This document shows, one piece after another, positions 32,011 through 44,705 of a stretch of 64,000 bases of DNA; within the stretch, counting starts at the first letter, position 1, and every line of letters starts with the position of its first letter. A model generated the notes under the pieces. It searched no databases. It worked only from the letters and a program-made list of their open reading frames with translations, and was not told the origin of the DNA. The translations under genes were made by a program, and so were the position numbers. Origin of the DNA: Neophaeotheca triangularis (taxonomy: Eukaryota); assembly GCA_054600435.1 (NCBI GenBank), contig BAAIJX010000050.1:1-64000 (forward strand). The letters run 5' to 3'.

Positions 32011-32504
32011 CCAGCTTTGGTGATGAGGTGATGGCGAAGGACGTGCATGTACGTAGTACCTCGCTGCTGAGGTTGGACGCAAGTACGTAGGTAAGCGTGA
32101 GGCCGTCGAGCGAAATGGATGCTTACGAGAGACTGAAGAGAGCCAGTAGTGATGTTGAAGGCATCCATCCTTGTTTGACGAGCAAAGACAAAGACAAAGA
32201 CTCAGCAGCATCTCATCCCGTGAATTGCCGGTGTCGGACCACCCGAACTTCCGAGTCACCCATGACTTCGCTTCTCGCGAGTCACAAGCCTCGCTATTTC
32301 TCTTTTTTCTTACCACATAACAATAAGCAACGACAATGGCAAACAATCACCGTGTTGGCATCACTCCACCGAGAAATCGACATCTCCGCGGTATACCAAC
32401 CATTCAAACAAGTTCAAAAAGCGACGCAATCGCCAACAATAACTACTACCTAACTATGTCCACCCATCAAACATTAATATTACCAACACCACCAACATCC
32501 AAAC

Positions 32505-33749
32505 ATGTCACTACAACCCGAACAAGTCGCCCTAATCCGCGCCACCGTCCCCGTACTTAAGGATCACGGCAACGCAATAACAGAACGCTTCTACCACACC
32601 CTACTCACTGAAAATCCCAGCCTCAACTCCATCTTCAATCAAGCCAACCAGGCCAACCACCACCAAGCGGCAGCTCTAGCCGGCTCTCTGTACGCCTACG
32701 CCTCACACATTGACGACCTCGGCGCCCTGTCGCCAGCTCTTGAGAAAATCTGCGCCAAACACGCTAGCCTCTACGTCCGCCCGGAGCAGTACCATGTCGT
32801 CGGCACCTACCTGCTACGAGCCATGGGCGAAGTCCTAGGAGAGGCTCTCACGCCCGACATCCTGCAAGCCTGGACCGCCGCGTACTGGCAATTGGCCAAT
32901 TTGATGATTAAACGCGAAGATGCTCTCCTGGAGAACGCGCACGGATGGCGGGACTGGCGGAACATGCGCATAGCGAAAAAAGTGCCCGAGTCAGATGTCA
33001 TTACCTCTTTCTACTTGGAAGCTGTCGATGGAGCGCCGCTGCCGGCCTTCTTACCGGGGCAGTATGTTTCCGTCTTGGTGGATGTGCCGAAGCTGAAGTA
33101 CGCGCAGCCCAGGCAGTACTCGCTGAGTGATGCGCCGGACGAGCGGTATTACCGCGTCAGCGTCAAGAAGGAGATTGGGCTAGACGAGAGCAATCCTCAG
33201 GCGCCGGCGCACCCGGGGTATGTGTCGAATGTGCTGCACGATGAGAAGGGCGAGGGCGACGTTGTCAAGGTCTCGCATCCGCAGGGTGATTTCTTCTTGG
33301 CGCCGGAGGACCGAGGAAGGCCTGTGGTCCTGATTTCCGCTGGCGTGGGGGTTACGCCCATGGTATCGATCTTGAACACGCTTTTGCGGGAAGGCGCTAC
33401 GCAGCCTATCTCCTGGATTCATGGCGCGAGGAGTACGAACGTTGTGGCCTTTGCTGGCCATGCGAGAACGCTGGCCAAGCAGTATGACAACGTCAATACC
33501 ACGGTGTTTGTCAAGTCTCCAGCGGCGGAGAGGGATGAGCAAGGCACCGACTACCACTTCGACGGCCGAGTGAGATTCGACGTCTTGGACGATCAGCGTG
33601 ATTTGTTGCTGGATTCTAACGAGGCGTTGTATTTCATCTGCGGACCGTCGGGATTCATGGCTGCAATGTCGAAGAATCTTGTCGCGAAAGGCGTCGGCAG
33701 CGAAAGGGTGCGGATGGAGGTCTTTGGGACGGGACAATTGCCTGGCTGA
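32505..33749 (+). CDS. YHB1: Flavohemoglobin (nitric oxide dioxygenase)
   Basis: Globin domain (KICAKHASL), PGQYVSV, RQYSLS, SAGVGVTPM, FICGP; 414 aa, intronless. Confidence 0.96.
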   Translation: MSLQPEQVALIRATVPVLKDHGNAITERFYHTLLTENPSLNSIFNQANQANHHQAAALAGSLYAYASHIDDLGALSPALEKICAKHASLYVRPEQYHVVGTYLLRAMGEVLGEALTPDILQAWTAAYWQLANLMIKREDALLENAHGWRDWRNMRIAKKVPESDVITSFYLEAVDGAPLPAFLPGQYVSVLVDVPKLKYAQPRQYSLSDAPDERYYRVSVKKEIGLDESNPQAPAHPGYVSNVLHDEKGEGDVVKVSHPQGDFFLAPEDRGRPVVLISAGVGVTPMVSILNTLLREGATQPISWIHGARSTNVVAFAGHARTLAKQYDNVNTTVFVKSPAAERDEQGTDYHFDGRVRFDVLDDQRDLLLDSNEALYFICGPSGFMAAMSKNLVAKGVGSERVRMEVFGTGQLPG

Positions 33750-36274
33750 CGCAAGCTGGTACTGCTTAGGTTCTGTCGATTAACGGCTCTCTCCTCTCAC
33801 GTTACACGAATTCGGCGTTTCGAGTGGAATGCGACCTGCCTATTCTCATGCATCATTCATTGCCCCCTAATTTGCAATAAGACGCCAACAACCTTAAAAA
33901 TTTAGCCCTTCTCTTTCAAGCCAAATGGAAAAGCCCATCCTAGAGCGAAACAACAGAAGCAATGGTCTCGCCGCCTTGCAACAAGTAGCACAAGTCACCA
34001 AGTAATAACCCAGCTTGCTACCATCAAGTTCGTGTCGTGAGGAACCAAATCAGTACCAATGTAAGCAAAGCATTCGTGGCCGGGTCGACGTTCAAATGGA
34101 CCTTTTTCCGCCAAGCGAGGCAGTTGGGTTTCCTCCAGCGAAAGTCTACCGTTCCATGCTTCGTCCCAAGTCTTCACGACTTTAACCACCAAGTCGACAA
34201 GTGTGGCTCGCTGTCGCTATTCTTACTGCGAGGACTTCAGCGGCCCACACCTTACCAGCTCATAGACCGACAAGCGAGCAGTCTTACCGGCAGGAAGGTC
34301 ATTGCCAGGCAGTTCCCGTTCTGATCCACTGGCATAATGCCCATTTGCATCGCGAGGGGATGTTGCGCCCTAAAGCGCTTGTCTGCGGGCGAGCATTGTC
34401 ATGACTGCGAGGTACTTTCTAGTCGTGGTCGAATATGGATTGCTTGGAATGTGGGTTGCTCGAAGACTGGTGCTGGAAATTTCAAAGGGTGACTAGCAAC
34501 ATCGGCTTGGAAGGGTGATGGGATCTCTTATGGCCCAACTACACCTCTTTGTAAGCCTCGCATCAGCTCTTATCACACGAGAGAGCTGTTGAATAAAAGT
34601 GGCGTCCTATGAAAGCTTTGTATCAGATGTCCGTCTTGTGTCTGCAGCAAGGCTGTGATTCCGAGCAACATGACAAGCACAACACTCGGCTCAGGATTGC
34701 ACGCTCTAGCGAAAGCATCGAAACAGCAGCCCCGTTGTGAGAGTAGGCAGTTCCTTGTTGGAGACGTATCTTCTGCCCCTGATTTGACCGTCCAGATTCA
34801 ATCCGGTCCTTCACGGCTCCAATTGCTCATGAGTACCCTAGAATACCAAGCAGACGGCAACACGGGGCTACCTACCATGCCAACCAAGGTATTTTCAAGT
34901 AAGCACAGCTCATCAGACGAAGACGCAGAAGTCTCTCACGGCACTCTTTCCGCCCAGGCTCATCACCACCTTCACCAGCTCCAGCGCCAGCCCCGCCACT
35001 TCCAGAAACAGCATCCTTCATTTCCTGCCTAACCCTCCTCGCCCTCACCATCTCTCTCTCTATCCCTGAACCATCCCCTCCCACCCCAACCACCACATCT
35101 TCTCAACCCCTTCAACCCACCCCACCCAAGCCTTTCAAACACCAATCCCAGCACCAGTAAACCCGCACCGTCCCCAAACCCCGTGGCCCCCACCCACCCG
35201 CCATCAAAACCTCAATACACCCCTCCACCTCGACCCTAGGGAAGCAATCGACCGAGCGACAATTCCACCCGGCATTCCCAAGGCTTGAAAAGCAAACAAG
35301 AGATGTCGGCAAAGTCCCGGGAGGGAGGGGGGCTACTTGATAAGAAAGGAAAACAGCCGACCCAACGCGCCACCTTATCCGCGGCGGCAAGGTGCTTTTT
35401 CCATTCGTCTTAAACTCGTCGCTGGCTTCAGTGGAGATGGTGGAGGAGGAGGCGTCGTCGTGGTCGATAACAGTAGCGCGCGGGAGTGTGAGGAGGGTAT
35501 CCAGGTCGCTAGTAGAGTTACGACGGGCGTTTTGATTTTGCTCGGTCTACTGTAGTATGTGTTGAAGCGTCGATGCTCCCTCTAATGAAGTTGAAGAAAA
35601 GGAAAGTGGCGCCACGACTCCTATGAGAAGGGTTCAAGTTTTTAGAAACGAGCTTAGTTTTGGACCGCTGGCGAAAAGTAAAACGAAAACTAAGCTCGCG
35701 CGATCCGGTAGCTTCGAGTGATTTCTAGCTGTAAGTAGTCGCTTTCGCTTTCCTTTTACCGACAAGACTCCTGAACAAAAAGTGACGGCGACGCTCTTCA
35801 GACTGGCCGGTACAAGACTCTTCGAGATGATAAAGCACCCTCTCGGCTGAGAATTTCGCTCCGCAAACGGCTTAGAAGTTCTTGATCTAGGTTAAAAATG
35901 CTAGAGGGTATTGGCAGCCTTGCCTTCTGCGCCAGATAGCCTGTCGATAGCGAGTAGAGGTAATGGCGACAAGGTCTCAATCTGTTCACCCGGTAAGGTA
36001 CGAAACTGCCACCATCATCACCTTTTCCCGTAGAAGCTGACTTTTGAAAGCGCTGCGCTGCGCTCCATGCCGCAAGACGGACTGCAGCCAGCTTCAAAGC
36101 TACATGCTAATACGATAGATGAATCCGACGACATGGTAATGAATCTTTCCAATCGGCTGTACAAGTAGTATACAAATCAGCTAAAACCATTCATCATAAA
36201 GTCATCTTCAACTTCAACCTTGCCAATCATCATTTCCCAAAAAAAAAAAATCGTCAAAGCATTCCAAATCGACC

Positions 36275-39200
36275 TTAGTTCCCATTCGAAACGCCATTAT
36301 CATGATACGTCCTAGTCCCGATACTCCTCTTCAGTTCCTCCTTCCTCTTCTCCCTAGCTTTACTCTCCCTCGCACGCCTCAAAGCCTTGACTCTCTTGCC
36401 AAAAGCCGCGAAACCCACGTACTCCACGCGCATACCCTTGGTAAGCGGGACGACGAAATACCTCCGGTTGCCGCCTCCGAGCGAGCGCTGTGAGCTCATG
36501 GACCGTAGCATTTCTTCCGAGGCCTTGCGACGTAGCGATGGGTTTGAGAGATTGTTGGAGGCGGATTGCGTCCGCATTAGGCTGGTTTGGACATTTTCTG
36601 CTGAAGCTTTGCTACGGCGTTGGATGAGCGCGGCGGGCATGCTGACGTAGTGGCGCCGGTTGTTGGTACCGTGTCTGTCGATGCCGAGACTGTTGCCCAC
36701 CATGAAGCCACCCGTGCCGCGGAAACCTGGCATGCGAACGCTCATGCTCCGGGGGAACCAGCTGCGGTTGCGGTTGCTCTCTTCGACGATTTCGCTGGTG
36801 TCGCCGCCTTGAGGCAGGGTTTCGTCGTAGTTGCCGTCGTCGTTGTCGCTTTCGCTGTCGGCGTCGTCCCAGAAGCGTTGCGGTCGCCAAAGGGGGGAAA
36901 GATAGTTGTTGCGCTGCTGAGTGGCTTCACTTGATGGTCGGCTTCGGGTGATGACGCTGCGGCCAAAAAGTGGTTGCACGTGGGTGTCGCTGTACCTTCG
37001 GGCTTTTTGCAGTAGGCTGAGACGGCGCTGGGGAGGGCTCGGTCTTTTCGGTGCGGTGGCGTCGTCCATGGTCAACTCGCGATCCAGCTCGTCTCCCGGT
37101 GTGGGCGGGATGAATTTGATTACGGGGGGCGCTGGAGCAGCACGAGGGTTCTGGAGTGGGCTATCAATCTCGATCTCTGTCTCCTTGTCTGCGCCCATAG
37201 GCGGCGTGGCAGGCTCGACAACAGCAGCAAACACAGGAGACGACCTGAGGTCTTTGTCTGGGATTCCTAGATAGTTTTGTGCAGGTGGACTCCTGCTCTT
37301 TTTGCCTCTCTTTGAACCGTGCTGTACGACTAGCAGAGACTCATTGTTGTGAGGGAACAGGCTGATGCCCTTAGCCTCACAAACTTCCATCTCTGTGCCA
37401 CCTTCCGTGGCAGCGGAGACCTGACTGGTCGAGGCAGGGGTATGCATGGCGAGAAGGAGACGAGGATTGCCAAGTTCCATATGACGAGGGGACGTTGGCG
37501 ACTTGGGCAACTGTGAGCTTGAGGTGCGGGTGTGTGTCTTTTCTGGACGGTCCAAACTCATCCGTGGTAGATCGAGACTGTTCTCTAAACGATGTTCTGC
37601 GGAAGTTCTGCGCAAGCCATGGGACGGCTGTGGAGAAGGTGTCGGAGAGCGTCCATGGTTACTTTGGTAAGTCGCTTGCTTTATGCTGGTTAGCTTCACG
37701 AAGTCGTTGTTCTCCAATCTGTTGTCCTTCTGGTAATGCCTGAGCGGGTGGTGTCGAGCAAGGACCGGCGACGGAGTCTCAAGATCGCGATCGACTTCAC
37801 CTCGCTGCCAGCCGGACGATCGTCTTGGATCCTGCGCGGCTTTTTCCCCGTGATGCCCATCCAAACTTGCAAAGGTCAAAGAGGTCCTTTGAGAATCATT
37901 TTGGGGGAATAGCGTCCTGGAAGTTGGAAGTGCAGGCCGAAGCGGCGTCTTTACTTTGAAGTCCTGCGGATAACTCTTTTCGGCACGTCCGCGAGCGGAA
38001 GGCAAGAAGGGGCTTTCAACAGCGCCCACGTGTTGCCTCAGAGTCGGAATCTTACCCATGTGCCTCAGCGACCTTTGCGTAGAAGGGGGCGTAGGGATGA
38101 CGTGAGCTTCCACAGAGTTGGTGCTTTGGAGTGCGTCGTAACGATCGCTCTTTGCCTCTTGTATCTGCCGGTAGACAGCGTCGTTGTCGCCGTCTTGTCG
38201 ATGATTGCTGGTATATCGTAAATTACGCGTGGGAGTCCATTCGCCGTCGGGCTTCGTCTTGGGCACAGTTGGTGGGGGAGTCTGAGCCTGCGGCCGGTAT
38301 AGCGTCCTGGGCTGTGAGCGCTGGGGAGGCGATGGCGATGCGCTGCTCGAACGGTCTGCTGTAGGGAACGAGAACATGTCTGCATGATAGGAGGCGTTTT
38401 GGCTGCCAGACCCCGGGGGGGTCGCAGGGTAGTGTGTTGCTGGGGCGTCGTTCGCATGAGTGCTTTCCCGCGTGTCGATCGAGAATCCGTCAACGCTCAA
38501 CAACCTCTGAGGGCCGTCGACAGCGTTGTCATTCCGACGCAAGTTGCCATTGTTGCCCGGTCCAGGAGCAGGATCTTGTGACGGCACTTCTGCATCTCCC
38601 GCAACGACTGCAGAGCCCTCCAAGCCAGCAGCTATACCAGTGATTGATTGGCTGTGGCCATCCGAAGCCCCTTGCACTGCCGTCGTTCCACCGTTTTGTT
38701 CTGAGTTCTGCACCTTCCTTGGCGTATACCTCAATGGCGCGACCTCTTCTTCCTCCGGTATGGCGTCCCAAGTCAGCTCCTCCATATCATGGCTAACATA
38801 GCTGACGTGTCTGTCCCAATCTATCTCTTCATTCTCTTCATTTGCCAAAGATGGTGTCGCTCCCCCGTCGTAGCTGCCGAATCGCCCAAGCGCAGGCGTA
38901 CTCGTGTTGCCGCCTAAGCTCTCCTTGGCTGTCATGAAGGACTCGGCGCGGGAGCTACCAATGTGCTGTAGTGTTGGTCTAGGAGGATTGAGTCTATTGC
39001 GATTACTCGGTGGGGAAGGATCTGGCGTGAGAGGGGTTTGGTGCTGCTCAGGCGTCTTGAGACCGGACTTGCTAGCGTGCAAGGCGTTGCGAAGCCCATC
39101 GGCGAAGACTGGTGGAGATGTCTGCTGTGGCTGCTTTTGAATCGAATCGCTGCCATTGGTAGTTGGCGGCGTAGGAGGCAATCCAGAAGCTTGCGACTTG

Positions 39201-39475
39201 AGACTTGCGAGGGGCTGGCGCGAGGGGGTTGCAAGTCGGCCAAAGCCCTCGTGCATGTCAACATCCGACCCATCATCATCATCTACTTCTTCTTCTTCTC
39301 CCGGCGCATGGTCAGAATCCGAATCGGGGATATGAGCGAAAGTGGTCGCGATGTTTTGCGAGCGACGCTTTCTCCATTGTCGGGTCGAGGCGTCTGAAAG
39401 CTCGAGTTGGTCCAGCTTGTGGCCTTTGAACACCTTTTCCAGCTGCGAAAAGGCGTCGACGGGTACGCCAGGCAT
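36275..39475 (-). CDS. Large, mostly low-complexity hypothetical protein (~1066 aa)
   Basis: Uninterrupted ORF >3.2 kb, S/P/T-rich, with an ordered-looking C-terminus (RMPGFRGTGGFMVGNSLGIDRHGTN); start uncertain. Confidence 0.8.
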   Translation of the reverse strand: MPGVPVDAFSQLEKVFKGHKLDQLELSDASTRQWRKRRSQNIATTFAHIPDSDSDHAPGEEEEVDDDDGSDVDMHEGFGRLATPSRQPLASLKSQASGLPPTPPTTNGSDSIQKQPQQTSPPVFADGLRNALHASKSGLKTPEQHQTPLTPDPSPPSNRNRLNPPRPTLQHIGSSRAESFMTAKESLGGNTSTPALGRFGSYDGGATPSLANEENEEIDWDRHVSYVSHDMEELTWDAIPEEEEVAPLRYTPRKVQNSEQNGGTTAVQGASDGHSQSITGIAAGLEGSAVVAGDAEVPSQDPAPGPGNNGNLRRNDNAVDGPQRLLSVDGFSIDTRESTHANDAPATHYPATPPGSGSQNASYHADMFSFPTADRSSSASPSPPQRSQPRTLYRPQAQTPPPTVPKTKPDGEWTPTRNLRYTSNHRQDGDNDAVYRQIQEAKSDRYDALQSTNSVEAHVIPTPPSTQRSLRHMGKIPTLRQHVGAVESPFLPSARGRAEKSYPQDFKVKTPLRPALPTSRTLFPQNDSQRTSLTFASLDGHHGEKAAQDPRRSSGWQRGEVDRDLETPSPVLARHHPLRHYQKDNRLENNDFVKLTSIKQATYQSNHGRSPTPSPQPSHGLRRTSAEHRLENSLDLPRMSLDRPEKTHTRTSSSQLPKSPTSPRHMELGNPRLLLAMHTPASTSQVSAATEGGTEMEVCEAKGISLFPHNNESLLVVQHGSKRGKKSRSPPAQNYLGIPDKDLRSSPVFAAVVEPATPPMGADKETEIEIDSPLQNPRAAPAPPVIKFIPPTPGDELDRELTMDDATAPKRPSPPQRRLSLLQKARRYSDTHVQPLFGRSVITRSRPSSEATQQRNNYLSPLWRPQRFWDDADSESDNDDGNYDETLPQGGDTSEIVEESNRNRSWFPRSMSVRMPGFRGTGGFMVGNSLGIDRHGTNNRRHYVSMPAALIQRRSKASAENVQTSLMRTQSASNNLSNPSLRRKASEEMLRSMSSQRSLGGGNRRYFVVPLTKGMRVEYVGFAAFGKRVKALRRARESKAREKRKEELKRSIGTRTYHDNGVSNGN

Positions 39476-39967
39476 GATGGGCGGCGGCAAGCTCAAAGGC
39501 TATCCGGCATTCTCGCCAGCAGATTCCCTGAAGGATACCAAAGGCTTCCAAGTTCCAGGCGCTTGAGGCAAGCAGGCGGTTCGGTGTATGGGTAGAGTAT
39601 GTCCTCTGCACCCTGAGGCAGCGATCAGAAAGGGAGGCGGAGAGCGATGCTTGGGAAGTAGGTAGTTACTACCTAACCAGGTGGGTAGACATAATCAATA
39701 AGGCCTAGGGTTAGTATAGGGGAGAGATTACTAGTGCTGGAGACTGAAGACTGGACACTGGACAGTCTAGAAGGTTGGCTTAACCCTAACCCTAAGAGGT
39801 AGGTTGACTTGCACTTGGATGCTTCTAAACTGGGATCCTTGGCATTCATTGAACAGTTACTTACTTACAGTAGGAGGTAGCTAAGGTACTGCACCTGAGT
39901 TAACTACCACCACCTAAGGTATGAGGTCTCTCTACCTATATATTCATCCATCTATCCTTCTCCCCTC

Positions 39968-41828
39968 CTACATCTGATACCGAAACTCCTTGTTCAGACG
40001 ATCCGTAAGATCTGCAAACTCGACATCCCGCGTATGGCCAACCCCCCCAGACTCCAAGAGCTTCTCCCTGCGCTTGTTCTCGAAAGTGTAATAACACATG
40101 AGTCCCGTACATAGCCCGGCGGCGACGGCGCACGTCACGACAATCGTCACCTTTGCGGGAATGTACTCTGGCGCCGACTCGCCCGTGAAGGTGAGCGGGC
40201 CTATGATGTTTCCGATGCAAAAGGCGATTAGGAGGAGTGCATTCATCGTGACCTTTGGGAAGAGTGTCAGTGAAGTACGGAGGTGAGTGAGGGTGAAGGG
40301 GAGGCCCATGGTGGAAGCTGACCTTTTTCGTGTGGCCGGCGTTGTTTGCCGCTACCCAGGAATATAGCAGTGGGAGAGATGCGCTGATGCAGTTGGTGAG
40401 GTAGTTGCCGATTAATCTGCAAGAAGTACCTAGCTGTCAGCTCGCTTTCTTTCCACGACGGACGATTAAGAGGTAGCGGCGCTGGGGATAGGAGACGACG
40501 GGACTTAGGTACTGACAATCCAGCTCTGTTATCCTCGGGCAAAAACGCCATGAGACATCCCCCGAGGCAGCCAATGGCCAGCATGACAACAATGTTGAGG
40601 CCTCTGCGGTTGTACCTCCCCGCGATCAAGGTCGCGGCAAATACCGCCACGCAGTTTGTTGCGCCTCCCGGTATCTGAAGCAGCGCGCTCTCCTTGCTGG
40701 TGTAGCCGAAATCGCTGATAATGGTGGCCTGGAAGGAAGAGACTGCGCCGTTTGGCACGCTGGAGCTGATGGTGATGAGAAGCAGGAACCAAGTCTGAGG
40801 GTCCAGGAAGCACTCGACGACTTGCTTTGGCTTGAAGTGTTTGTTCTCAACTCCCGTCTGGTTCTCTCTCAACCGTTCAATCGCCCAGACCTTCTCCTCG
40901 TGCGTAAGACGCTTGCTGGTCATTGGGTTGTTTGGAAGGAAGAGAAAGGTGGCGACACCAGTGCTGACGGTGATTAGACCGACGACCAGGAACATGATTT
41001 GCCAGCTGCGGAAGCTGTCGCCCTCGTAATGCTGGAATCCAAACGAGATCAAGGCACCGACAATCGTACCCAAACCAACACCTTGATACCTAGAAAAGTC
41101 CACATCAGCCGCCACCCCTACGCCCCCGATAATGGAAAAGACGCTTACCATAGCCCTACTCGAGGCGGTTGTTCGCTGCGTTTGTACCACATACTCGTGA
41201 TGAGGATCAGCGAGGGAGCAATGGCGGATTCAAAGACACCAAGTAAGACCCGCGTGGTGACCAATCCTGCCCAGTTGGTGGCGGCGCATGTGACCGTGAC
41301 GATGACACCCCAAAACACCACCATGATCCCGATATATCTCCCCGTGGGAAAACGCTGCATTCCGTAGGCGTGAGGCATTTCGAAGCCCAGATAACTGACG
41401 TAGAAGATCATGGCAAGCTGGGAATACTGGTAGGGAGTGATATCGGCATCGGCCTGTAGGCCCATGACATTGGCGTAGCTACTGCTGTGTCAGCTACCTT
41501 CTACACAGGGCAATAGGTACTGTACCCATGCTGGTGATTGCGGCAACGGATGTCCTTACTTGATCAATGTCTTATCCAAGTACTGAAGACAGTAACATCC
41601 GAACATCAGCGGCATTATCATCCAATCAATCTTTCTTTTCAATTTCTTCTCGTCTGCCGCCGTCATGGGCCTCACATCGCCTTCGGAGCGTAAGAATTGA
41701 AGAGCCGCGTCGACATCCTTTTTCTCGCCGACTACATCTTTCAAGTCGCCAATGTCTTGGTCGATGCTGTCTTGTCGGCGGTCAGGGGAGATTCCAACAC
41801 TCTTCTCATCTTTCGAGTCGTCTGCCAT
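39968..41828 (-). CDS. MFS permease, Dal5/allantoate (anion:cation symporter) family, spliced
   Basis: KRKIDWMIMPL, LQYLDKTLINYANVMG (intron 41559-41479), TSMWYKRSEQP, WQIMFLVVG, ERLRENQTG, CIGNIIGP, FADLTDRLNKEFRY. Confidence 0.93.
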
Positions 41829-44705
41829 GATCGGGGCAGCGTTCTAGGTATATTGGCAAGTATCGATGGGGGTTAGGTAACGCACGGTTGTCGATTCCGC
41901 TGGCTAATAACGAGCAGGCTCCTCAACTACATTATATCTGCTGGCAACCCCCTTGCCACAACCCCTCCCAACTACCAAGTTGCCCACGGCCCTATCATCA
42001 ACCGGCCCATAATAAAATTGGAGAACACGCCAACCCCCCAAAAATTCTCACCATAGTAGCCATACGATTAGCAACTGATCAAGTAACACGCCTCCCGATC
42101 CTGACAAGAACCAGCGAAACTGACCACAAATCAGCCATGATTCGACGGCCGCCTCATCTTATCAGTCCAAAGCGATAGCGACAAACCAACCAAGAAAAGA
42201 CATGCATCCACTCTCGAGCGGGACGTTTGCGGTCCGGAGATGCCAATCGTGAATCCCATGCTGGCATACACTACACAGCCGTGGCGGACCCACTTATCCG
42301 ACCGCTTTAGGAAGGAAAGTCGAAAGCTGGAGATAACGTCCGGGGTGTCGGCCGTGGGGGGGCGTAACACGTTATCGCGGTTTTGCAGATCCTCGGCCGT
42401 CTGTGTTGGCTTGACATCAGACAAGCCCTTTGAGAGGTAGTACTAGTGGGAGATTCGATTGATTGATATGCGTCTTGTTATCGGATAGCGTGTCGGAAGT
42501 TTTGGAGGGCTTGTACCCGACCGGGCCGCTGGGAGGGTTGGGACTTTGGTGGTGTTTGGCCTGGCCTTTGCCCTGTGCTTTCGCTCGCCGTCGGTATGAG
42601 ATGTGGGTATTTCCTTCGTTTGTTGTGGTATGGGCGCCAGTGATAGGGAGACCTCGTTCGTTCACTCGGCCTATCTGTCCTGGCCCGTTGGGGAACTGGG
42701 GAACTCTCTGCTTTGACCCAAGCCAACTACAACGGATACCACTGGATCTTAATCTCTGGCTCATCTGGTTGGCGGCTGGTTCGACCTACGCACTTCTAAC
42801 GCAGTTCGAGCGACAGATCTTACAAGACTTCACGCAGTCACTTGAAACCTCTTGCCTGAACTCCCCTTAAGTGCCACCTACCGATACCGCCACCGAAAAA
42901 CAACGCCAACCTACGTCGGCATCTGCCAGATCATGGCGGCCAGCAAAGCCCCCAAACCGGTCCACGACCTTGTGGGACAGTCGGGTGCTGTTGAGAGGCT
43001 GCTGGTGCACACTTCCATCATCACAGGGTAAGAAATGTTCACGACAAGACTATACGAGACTAAACCTTCAGCGATGGACCGAGATGCGCCCCCCCAACGA
43101 CTTCAGCGGCAAATCAATCACACGAGCTTCAGAAGCACAGCATGTGGTCCAAAATCTACTGGTAGAATTCAAACGAGTCGTCAACTCCCTCTTTCGTAGG
43201 GAAGGAAGCGAGCGGCAATCAGACGACTGACTATTCTCCTATTTCTTGAAAGAGCCAGTTTGTATCGATATCAACATCACGGCCCATGGCTGATGCTCCC
43301 AGAAAGAACGCATAAACGACGGGGACGGTAGCGTTTGCTATGAGAAGGCGGGGGCACTTGCTACACAGGGCCCTACCACAAAACCAAGGCACTTCCTCGT
43401 CCGACCATGACCCCGTGGACGCGTACAGCGCAACCAAGCGCAACCCCATCTTTGTCCGCAATCGCACAAAGCTTAGCAATGGGGCTACATTACTCCCAGC
43501 CGACGGTGTTTGAAATCAACCCGCGCCAACATGCCCAAAAACGTCGGTAAGCGGTTCACTCGGGGGCGCGCCCACGCCAGATGAGGGGGCCGCCGAGTCA
43601 GCGTGCCTGCTTTTGAAGATGCGGGTACAATACTGACAATACCCCCCGCCCCATTCCTCGCTCTCTAGGGCGTCGCTGGAACAAACCCCCAAACTATCCG
43701 TCGCCAGCCTCGTACTCGCAAGGAAAGACGACGCCCCTTCGCCTCCATCAACAGCGGGTCTTCCTCCGCACATGAAAGCCTTTTCTTGAAATAGCAAGTG
43801 ATCGACTCAAAAGTCCACACGTCTCAAACCACCACCAGGATCGGTCAAGTCTCAGGCGCTGTAAGAAACCACACAAAGCTCATTGACGGGAACGCATTAC
43901 ACGATTTTGTAGCCTTTCCAACCCGAACAACTGCAGACTCCATACCAAGGCGTCGCGCCACGAACCGCAAACCCTCCCATCCAGTACTGGCCTCGGAGGG
44001 CAAAAAGCATCCGCCCCGTTCGCATCGACCAGTCCACAGTGAGTCTTCTTCGCCATGGGAGTTAGCATGGGCTCGACGACTCAGTCGAGGCAAATGACCA
44101 GCTTTTCCAATACCATGACAGGATACCATTGTCTAAGGGTTAACCGTTCATTACACTAACCAAGATCGAGGGGGACGGTAGTAAGGCGAGTGGGTGAACT
44201 CGGGCGGGTTAGGTGGCTGTAGGGCGGTCGCAACAGAATAAAGACAAGACAAGACCTGGACGAAGAGACCTTTCTGGGGTGCCTTCTCTCCCCTCGGAAT
44301 CGTCTAGTCCCTTTGTCGCTCTGGCGTTCAAGTAGTGGTTTTGACGTGTCGGGGGCTCAGTCTTGATCGTAAAATGGCTTGCTTGGTGTAGGTAAAGTTC
44401 TTACAATTTCAACAAGACGGTGGTTGTTAAGCGGTATTGGGAGGAGCCGGAAGGAGTCTATTATCTTCTAGTACAGGAAAAAGCACAGGCACTTGTGAGG
44501 TTCGTAAGAGCAGACCAGATAGCTTGCGTAATTGACCCAATGCTTTGGTTAATCTTCGTTCTTGAAAAGTTCTTGCGTAGAAGCGGTACACTTCAAATTC
44601 AGAGCTTGCCGTGCGATAAACGGTTGCAAGGAAACTTCATAGATTGATCAATTCGCCTCTCGCCTTATCTACACCCACCATCGACGCATCCCATGGACGC
44701 CCCTA

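Noticed and set aside
24154..33749. Including the beta-galactosidase, esterase and flavohemoglobin in the anhydrosugar cluster
   Set aside because: Separated by 12 kb of TE debris and interleaved with the housekeeping gene SSU72.
33995..36097. Short ORFs downstream of the flavohemoglobin
   Set aside because: No domain signatures or consistent exon chain.
43477..43488. CAATGGGGCTAC resembling RNase MRP CR-V
   Set aside because: No matching upstream GAAAGTCCCC CR-I/P4 partner was found.
42131..44647. Short ORFs between the permease and the PLP enzyme
   Set aside because: Stop-interrupted with no family motifs; possible pseudogene but unsupported.
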